In this document: positions 58,152-64,000 of the stretch, piece after piece
How the letters are laid out: the number at the start of each line of letters is the position of its first letter
Numbering within the stretch: position 1 is the first letter of the stretch
Origin: an uncultured Patescibacteria group bacterium
GTDB lineage: Bacteria; Patescibacteriota; Microgenomatia; UBA1400; PJMF01
Length of the DNA stretch: 64,000 bases
Assembly (NCBI GenBank): GCA_905478415.1
Contig: CAJQIG010000004.1
Span: forward strand, 11,523-75,522
Direction of reading: 5' to 3'
Position numbers and translations under genes: made by a program
Notes under the pieces: generated by a model
Database searches by the model: none
What the model saw: only the letters and a program-made list of their open reading frames with translations
Told to the model about the DNA's origin: nothing

Positions 58152-59168
58152 TTATTCTGCTTGAATTTTCTTGAATAGAAATTCCGTGAGAACACCAAGC
58201 TCTCTTTGAGAAAAAAGTGATTTCTGAACAGAAATTCTTTTTGATTCGGATAGTTCATATGCCATAGCATGGATAGTCACAGGCTGAGTACTTTTACCAG
58301 CAACCATAGTCCTATCTCGATAATTCTGCTTAGTCAAACGCTCAGCTTCTTCATAAGTAATACCCGACGCAGAAACTTCTCTATTTCTAGGAACAAATAA
58401 TTGAATTTTAAAGTCATCGGCAATAGAAAGGTTTTGACAGACTGCTTCTAATTCAGGCAACTTTTTTTGCTTAAACCAGGTTGCATCTTTATTTTTTAAA
58501 ACATGCAACACTTCTTTCAGTTGATTTTGGATACCAGTACTCTTCAATTGCTCATACGCACGAGCATCTAAACTTCCTGCTTTGACTTCTCCAACTGATT
58601 TAATAACAACTTTTCCTTCATCATTTATTTCAAAAAAAGCTGCATCAGGATTGCGCCAGTTTACATCGATACCAAACTTTTCTGGATACTGCCAAACTCT
58701 CATCAACTCTCGAGCTAACCTTAACTGTGTAATAAAGGCATCTTTTTTTTCTGGATCATTCTGCACTCTAGCGAACTCATTCATTTTAAACTCAGTGCGA
58801 ACAAGTTCTTCAAAAACTTCACCAGCAAGTACACCTGTCTTTTCTTTATCAGAAAACTTAAATTTTTCAGCAGCTTGACGATCATGCCGAGCAAGAAACT
58901 GTTTTTGTCTTCTTTCAGAATGATGTAAGTGAACTGTAAGCGACTTAAGCAAATTTTTAGGTAAAGAAAGACAAACCTTAAACTGTTCAAGTCTGTTTAC
59001 ATTTGATTGGGTATCTGCTGCCTCAACCAAAGTAACAAAAAGATCATAACTCAATGGGTTTTCAGTACGACAACTTTCAAGAATATCAGGGCTAATACCT
59101 TCCACCTTTATTAAAGGTGGTAACGAACCTACTGACTCAGCTTCTGAAACGGGCACTTCTCCTATCAT
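58152..59168 (-). CDS. Hypothetical protein, possible PD-(D/E)XK endonuclease fold
   Basis: GEVFEEL ... NPDAAFF ... GEVKAG ... YEQL. Confidence 0.55.
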   Translation of the reverse strand: MIGEVPVSEAESVGSLPPLIKVEGISPDILESCRTENPLSYDLFVTLVEAADTQSNVNRLEQFKVCLSLPKNLLKSLTVHLHHSERRQKQFLARHDRQAAEKFKFSDKEKTGVLAGEVFEELVRTEFKMNEFARVQNDPEKKDAFITQLRLARELMRVWQYPEKFGIDVNWRNPDAAFFEINDEGKVVIKSVGEVKAGSLDARAYEQLKSTGIQNQLKEVLHVLKNKDATWFKQKKLPELEAVCQNLSIADDFKIQLFVPRNREVSASGITYEEAERLTKQNYRDRTMVAGKSTQPVTIHAMAYELSESKRISVQKSLFSQRELGVLTEFLFKKIQAE

Positions 59169-59244
59169 ATTCTTCTACTATACCTCGAACCTTATCAAAA
59201 AAGCTACTTATGGTTTTGCTCAAATTTGCTATGCTATACCAACT

Positions 59245-59505
59245 ATGCAACGAGGAATTATCACTTTTTCTACAGAAGAACAAACGGTACTTGTCGCTCT
59301 TTTAGAAGGGACAACCATGGCTTCATCTCTGGTTTTTTCTCGACTTCAGGCAACTGGCACATCCCAAAATGCTGAGGAAAAGATAGAACTCAGTCGAGAA
59401 GAAGCAGAATCAATACTGGATCAGCTACCCATCCCTTCCGCACAAGAACCCGAGTCTGTGACTGAAAGCAGGCAAAAATTGAGTGATTTTATCCAAAATC
59501 TTTGA
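59245..59505 (+). CDS. Hypothetical protein
   Basis: 86-aa ORF in an otherwise empty interval, -10-like box upstream. Confidence 0.6.
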   Translation: MQRGIITFSTEEQTVLVALLEGTTMASSLVFSRLQATGTSQNAEEKIELSREEAESILDQLPIPSAQEPESVTESRQKLSDFIQNL

Positions 59506-59580
59506 CTACCATTCTCATAGTTTCTATGCTTTAATGGCTCTTACGAATCAGTAGTATATATTTTTGTAAGGAGTTTACAC

Positions 59581-60363
59581 ATGGCACAACAAGACAGTCC
59601 CTACTCACTCAAATCATTGTTTGAGTTTATTAACACTAACTTTGTCCTCATCTTACTCGTCCTCTTCTTTTTTGCAGGCGGATTTGTAGTCGGATCTCTC
59701 TGGACAGAGAACCAAATTATGAAAACCGGTGGTACTGGCGTAGCTGCCGCTCCAACTGGAGCTGGTACCCCAACCCAACCAACTGAACCAACAGGGCCAA
59801 CTGCTGACCAGCTAGAAGGTGTTCCTGAAATTACTAACGATGACCACCTTCGTGGCAACAAGAATGCTAAAGTTATCTTGGTTGAGTATTCAGACTACGA
59901 ATGTCCTTTCTGTCAAAGATTTCATGACACCATGAATGATGTACAAGCTGAGTATGGAGATGACGTAGCTTGGGTTTTTAGACACTACCCACTTCCATTC
60001 CATGCTAATGCACAAAAAGCTGCCGAAGCTGCAGAGTGTGTGGCTGATATTGCTGGAAATGATAAATTCTGGGAATTCAGTGACCTTTACTTTGCAACTA
60101 CAGATGGATCTGGCACTGGTGTAGCTATCGAAGAAATGGGTGCACTCGCTGGTAAAGTCGGTGTAGATGCAACTGCTGTGCAAACTTGTGTTGATAGTGG
60201 CAAAATGGCCAGTATCGTCAAAGAACAAATGGATGCTGGATCAGCTGTGGGTGTTTCTGGAACACCAGGAACCTTCATTGTTACTAAAGATGGTGCCCAA
60301 GAACTTATTCCTGGAGCACTACCTCTAGAACAGGTCAAAGCTTCTATCGAACAGTATCTGTAG
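59581..60363 (+). CDS. DsbA family thiol-disulfide oxidoreductase
   Basis: TM anchor, EYSDYECPFC, RHYPL, GVSGTPG; AAGGAG RBS. Confidence 0.95.
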   Translation: MAQQDSPYSLKSLFEFINTNFVLILLVLFFFAGGFVVGSLWTENQIMKTGGTGVAAAPTGAGTPTQPTEPTGPTADQLEGVPEITNDDHLRGNKNAKVILVEYSDYECPFCQRFHDTMNDVQAEYGDDVAWVFRHYPLPFHANAQKAAEAAECVADIAGNDKFWEFSDLYFATTDGSGTGVAIEEMGALAGKVGVDATAVQTCVDSGKMASIVKEQMDAGSAVGVSGTPGTFIVTKDGAQELIPGALPLEQVKASIEQYL

Positions 60364-60388
60364 ATGATACTTGAAAAATAAAATAAGC

Positions 60389-60422
60389 GCGGCGCTTGGA
60401 AAACCAGGCGTCGCATTTTTTT
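60389..60422 (+). terminator. Intrinsic terminator after DsbA gene
   Basis: GCGGCGCTTGG-AAAA-CCAGGCGTCGC followed by T-tract. Confidence 0.8.
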
Positions 60423-60443
60423 ATATAAAACAAGGGAATATCC

Positions 60444-60836
60444 TCAGATAATATCTTCATAGTGAGCTGCTAGCTCATGGTACTTTTCTCTCAATTCCTT
60501 TAGGTATTCTTCATACTCTTTATTTGGGGTTGCATCTTTCATCCAACCAATATCTAAAATTTCTAGTAATAATGAGTGGAGTTTACTCTGTCTTTTTGCA
60601 AAAGCTCCATGGGTGAATTTTTTCAATTTTTGATCCGTATAAAGCCTACCCACTAAAATTTCGGGTCTTTGTAAATTTCCAGATAAAAAATCATTTATTA
60701 CAGTCAGAGCGAAAACAATTATTTTATGTTCATTTACATTTTTATATAAATCAAATTTGTTACTATAAAAATCCCATAGTACTTTAGGATTATTGCTTAT
60801 TTTAGAATTGGTAGATTCTGTAATTTTTTTACTCAT
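60444..60836 (-). CDS. Hypothetical AT-rich protein
   Basis: 130-aa ORF with own TATAAT 8 nt upstream of ATG. Confidence 0.6.
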   Translation of the reverse strand: MSKKITESTNSKISNNPKVLWDFYSNKFDLYKNVNEHKIIVFALTVINDFLSGNLQRPEILVGRLYTDQKLKKFTHGAFAKRQSKLHSLLLEILDIGWMKDATPNKEYEEYLKELREKYHELAAHYEDII

Positions 60837-60851
60837 TTGTAGTAATTATAC

Positions 60852-61091
60852 CTATTGAACCTTAATCACATCTACTGGGCAGGCATCCGCAGCAGCTTGG
60901 TTTTCTTCAGCATCCTCATACCCAACTTTTCGATGCTCAAGCTGTTTTCCCTTTTGGGAGCCTTTTAAATCTGATTTACCATCCTCTGGATTCATACTCC
61001 AGTACTTTGGACACAGTAGGGCACACATGCCACAACCAATACAGTTATCTCGATCGTGGGTGACTGTTACGTCTTTAAATGAATCAGCCAT
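60852..61091 (-). CDS. Single-cluster ferredoxin
   Basis: CIGCGMCALLCP ... AADACPVDVI. Confidence 0.92.
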   Translation of the reverse strand: MADSFKDVTVTHDRDNCIGCGMCALLCPKYWSMNPEDGKSDLKGSQKGKQLEHRKVGYEDAEENQAAADACPVDVIKVQ

Positions 61092-61093
61092 AC

Positions 61094-62359
61094 TTACTTT
61101 GCTTCAGTTTCTACCACCTTATACAGACGATCACCTTTTCTGACCCTATCTGAAACAACAAACGTAACTGTCTCACCTTTTTGGGCTATCTCAACTTCCT
61201 TAGTAGCTACAATAAGCTGTGGCTTTTCACCTCGAAGTGCTCCTGTAGTTTTCCCGGTAAAGACATATTCATCATCAGTAGAAAAAGTATTTTCTCTAAC
61301 GGCAACTTCTGCAACTTTTATTTTTGGATAATAATGAGTAACGGTTCCTACCAGCTCTCTGCGCTTGGTAGCTTTGTTACCATAAGCTCCACTCCACTCT
61401 ACAAACGGTTTTCCAAGATAAAAACCGGCACTCAGTCCCCGATTATATACGGTACCCAAGCGAGTGTTCCACTCCGTGATTTTTTCTGATGAATAGGTAC
61501 CTTCATTCAAAGAGTCCAAAGCTTCGCGGTACACTCTAACAATAGTATCAACATAGTCGGCACTCCGACCTCGTCCTTCAAGCTTCAAGACAGTGATTCC
61601 TGTTCCAACCAATTCATCAAGGAGGCCAACAGTACATAAATCCTCTGGACTCATTACGTAATCATTTTCTACTTTAAGTTGAGTTTTTGTCTCTTCATCA
61701 ATAATTTTATAGCTTCTGCGACAGTTTTGGCGACACGCTCCTCTATTAGCCGAAGAATTATCTGTCAGCAAACTCATACTGCACCGACCAGAAATAGCTA
61801 CGCACATGGCCCCATGACCAAAGACTTCAATCTCAAGTGGCTGGCCATTTTTTCCTCGAATATCTTCGGCCTTTATTTGATCGCAGATATTTTTCATCAT
61901 CGGCATGGTCAATTCACGAGCCAAAACAATCATGTCTGAAAACTGAGCATAAAATCGGACCGATTCAATATTTGAAACTGAAAGTTGCGTTGAAATATGT
62001 ACTTCAACACCCACTTTATTTGCATACATAATTGCAGCCATATCGGCCACAATAACGGCGTCGATACCAGCTTCTTTCACTGCATCAATAATTTTATATG
62101 AAAGCTTTAAGTCGTGGTCATAGAGAAGTGTATTGAGGGTTAAGTACGTCCTGACGTTACTTTTTTGAGCAATTTTGGCAATTTTTTTGAGATCTTCAAA
62201 TCCAAAATTACTTGCAGCTCGTGCACGCATATTGAGCTGAGTAATACCAAAAAAAACTGAGTCACAGCCAGCGTTAATAGCTGCTTGCAAGCTCTCAAAT
62301 GATCCCACGGGGGCCATAAGCTCAACTGAATGTGATGTTTTTTTGCCGATAGTTCCCAT
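61094..62359 (-). CDS. Peptidase U32 family Fe-S protein (TrhP-like tRNA hydroxylase)
   Basis: ELMAPVG, HISTQ, LAREL, HGAMCVAISGRC..NRGACRQNCR, KLEGR. Confidence 0.9.
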   Translation of the reverse strand: MGTIGKKTSHSVELMAPVGSFESLQAAINAGCDSVFFGITQLNMRARAASNFGFEDLKKIAKIAQKSNVRTYLTLNTLLYDHDLKLSYKIIDAVKEAGIDAVIVADMAAIMYANKVGVEVHISTQLSVSNIESVRFYAQFSDMIVLARELTMPMMKNICDQIKAEDIRGKNGQPLEIEVFGHGAMCVAISGRCSMSLLTDNSSANRGACRQNCRRSYKIIDEETKTQLKVENDYVMSPEDLCTVGLLDELVGTGITVLKLEGRGRSADYVDTIVRVYREALDSLNEGTYSSEKITEWNTRLGTVYNRGLSAGFYLGKPFVEWSGAYGNKATKRRELVGTVTHYYPKIKVAEVAVRENTFSTDDEYVFTGKTTGALRGEKPQLIVATKEVEIAQKGETVTFVVSDRVRKGDRLYKVVETEAK

Positions 62360-62397
62360 ATATTCCCTTGTTTTAAAAGTTTCTTTGGTAGGAATGA

Positions 62398-62406
62398 ATT
62401 ATACCA
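62398..62406 (-). promoter_or_regulatory. Extended -10 promoter for U32-ferredoxin operon
   Basis: TGgTATAAT. Confidence 0.6.
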
Positions 62407-62425
62407 GATGAATTTTTTCATTTAG

Positions 62426-62462
62426 AAACAAAAAGAGCGCGGGCCACTTGCCCGCGCTCTTT
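62426..62462 (-). terminator. Intrinsic terminator
   Basis: AAAGAGCGCGGGC/GCCCGCGCTCTTT perfect stem followed by TTTTTGTTT on minus strand. Confidence 0.88.
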
Positions 62463-62518
62463 CGTTTGCTTCAAAAATGTCTGACCGACATTCTGTTAGC
62501 ACTGTACGTGATAAAACT

Positions 62519-63055
62519 TTACAGATTGTTCTGTGACTGACGACCTATGCCTGTGCCATCTCTGTCACCCAACGCTCCTTCAGCTCTACCCATACCATGG
62601 CCTTGTCGACCCTTTCCAGGACCTAGTTCCCGGAGAAGAGTGGTGTCAATGCCTTGCTCTTCTGCCCAAGCTTCCATTTCATCGTGGTTAGCTTGCGCAT
62701 ATGCTTTTCTTTCTTCTGGAGATGCATTCAGAAGAGCCTCGTGGTCTGCCCGCATTTCTTCATGCTTTTGTGTAATAGCATCAGCTTGTTCCTGGGTAAG
62801 ACTACCCGCAGCAACCAACTCAGCTAGCTTCTCTTCGAATTGAGCTTGCATCTCAACTTGATGCTCAACACGATACTGTGTGAAGACTTCTTCAACTTCA
62901 CTTTGATTTAAACCAAATCGCTCAGCGATTCGTTGAATCAGAGGAAGCCCTTGTTCTCCTTCCATAGCTCGCACGCTGTCCACTCCAAGAGAGGACACAG
63001 CGATTACTCCAGCCAAAGCCAAAGCGGGAAGGATCATTCTTTTGCTGTTTTTCAT
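62519..63055 (-). CDS. Secreted helical protein with Gly/Met/His-rich tail
   Basis: Signal peptide, IAERFGLNQSEVEEVF, GSLTQEQADAI; GAAAGGA RBS before 63055. Confidence 0.75.
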   Translation of the reverse strand: MKNSKRMILPALALAGVIAVSSLGVDSVRAMEGEQGLPLIQRIAERFGLNQSEVEEVFTQYRVEHQVEMQAQFEEKLAELVAAGSLTQEQADAITQKHEEMRADHEALLNASPEERKAYAQANHDEMEAWAEEQGIDTTLLRELGPGKGRQGHGMGRAEGALGDRDGTGIGRQSQNNL

Positions 63056-63093
63056 ATATATTCCTTTCAGCAAAGTTACTTACTACTAAAAGG

Positions 63094-63126
63094 AGAATAC
63101 CAATTGAAACTGAGAAAGGGCTTAAA
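63094..63126 (-). promoter_or_regulatory. OmpR/CiaR-type direct repeat + -10 box
   Basis: TTTAAG-N5-TCTCAG-N10-TATTCT. Confidence 0.45.
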
Positions 63127-63151
63127 GTTTGAGAGCAAAAATGAGGAAAGC

Positions 63152-64000
63152 TTAGTGCTGTTTAAGTGGCAGAGTAACCGTAAATACAGATCCTCGACCA
63201 ACCTTGCTATCGAGCTGAATTGAACCTTGATGCATATCCACAATTTCTTTGGCAACAGCTAACCCTAATCCAAAACCATGCGTACCTGAGTAAGTCCTAG
63301 ACTGATCAGCCCGGTAAAAACGCTTAAAAACACATGCTTGGTCTTTTTTTGAAATTCCAGTACCAGTATCACGGACTGCCAAAGTCAAGTATTTTTTCGA
63401 TGTTGTTACTGCAACTGAAACTTGACCTTCTTGAGTATATTTAACTGCATTCTCAAGTAAAATGGTCAATAATTCATGAATTTTTTCCTTATCTGCTTGA
63501 ATCTCGCCAGCCTCACCAACCACCTGTAATGTCAGACCTTTCTCCAGAGCGAGCGGTACTATTGTTTTGGTACTTTTCTTCACAAGCTTATCTATACTAA
63601 ACGTACTCATAGTTACTTGCCGTCTGGATCCTTGGTAAAGCGTCAGACGCAGTAATTTATCTACTAAATACTGTAAACTTTCGACCTCAACTAAACTTCC
63701 AGAAACAAGTGTTCTCGCTTCTTTAATAGTCTGTTTTTTCTGTAAAAGAAATACTTCTAATGAAGTTTTTAGAGCAGTAATAGGGGTTCTGAGTTCATGT
63801 GAGGCATCAGCAATAAATTGACGCTGATCTTCGTGCACCTTTTCAATTGGTCTGAGTGTTTTCCCAGCTAAGAGCCATCCTGTTGAGACTGCTAGCAAAA
63901 ACAAAATGCCATTGATCGAAAGAAGTTGCCAGACCAGTGCACTCTGTGCTGCTTCTAAATCTTCTAGTAATAGTTGACTGCGTTGTACGTGCTTGAAACG
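63152..64000 (-). CDS. Sensor histidine kinase (5' end beyond window)
   Basis: FIADASHELRTP, ENAVKY, DTGTGI, FKRFYR, GFGLGL; frame open to window edge. Confidence 0.95.
   Translation of the reverse strand, partial: RFKHVQRSQLLLEDLEAAQSALVWQLLSINGILFLLAVSTGWLLAGKTLRPIEKVHEDQRQFIADASHELRTPITALKTSLEVFLLQKKQTIKEARTLVSGSLVEVESLQYLVDKLLRLTLYQGSRRQVTMSTFSIDKLVKKSTKTIVPLALEKGLTLQVVGEAGEIQADKEKIHELLTILLENAVKYTQEGQVSVAVTTSKKYLTLAVRDTGTGISKKDQACVFKRFYRADQSRTYSGTHGFGLGLAVAKEIVDMHQGSIQLDSKVGRGSVFTVTLPLKQH

Overview
Chromosomal segment of a bacterium with the hallmarks of Patescibacteria (CPR). It is most likely Microgenomates-like (inferred from gene content) and uses code 11, since TGA serves as a stop. 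Bases 1-21 kb hold the core minus-strand superoperon rpoB-rpoC-rpsL-rpsG-fusA-tuf-S10-spc, running off the left edge inside rpsE. Bases 21-40 kb hold envelope and housekeeping genes: mltG, ruvX, a sortase, an FtsA-like/baseplate-J fusion, a short alaS under a complete Ala T-box riboswitch, rodZ-like, yqeY, ccdA, prmC, a COG0523 GTPase and an SPFH protein. Interspersed accessory genes are a PIF1-helicase-WYL/macrodomain/repeat-protein trio, a lone secreted Cys-LysM protein with a boxA-like + hairpin leader, and an AT-rich DUF5677-like gene. Bases 39-58 kb are a fermentative metabolism region: a three-polypeptide ATP-citrate lyase (citryl-CoA synthetase + citryl-CoA lyase), a carboxylate transporter, a 2-oxoacid:ferredoxin oxidoreductase, an ADP-forming acetate-CoA ligase, a cytochrome-b5 lipoprotein and LDH. 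The same region has a tandem active/inactive metallophosphoesterase, a Cas4-like nuclease and a P-type ATPase. Bases 58-64 kb carry orphans, DsbA, a U32 + ferredoxin pair and a CiaH-like kinase. I saw no rRNA, tRNA, CRISPR array, IS or prophage. The best candidates for something new are the ~205-nt multi-stem rpoB leader RNA, the boxA/hairpin-LysM cassette, the split ACL citrate module and the helicase-WYL/variant-macrodomain insert. All calls come from reading motifs by eye; no database searches were run.
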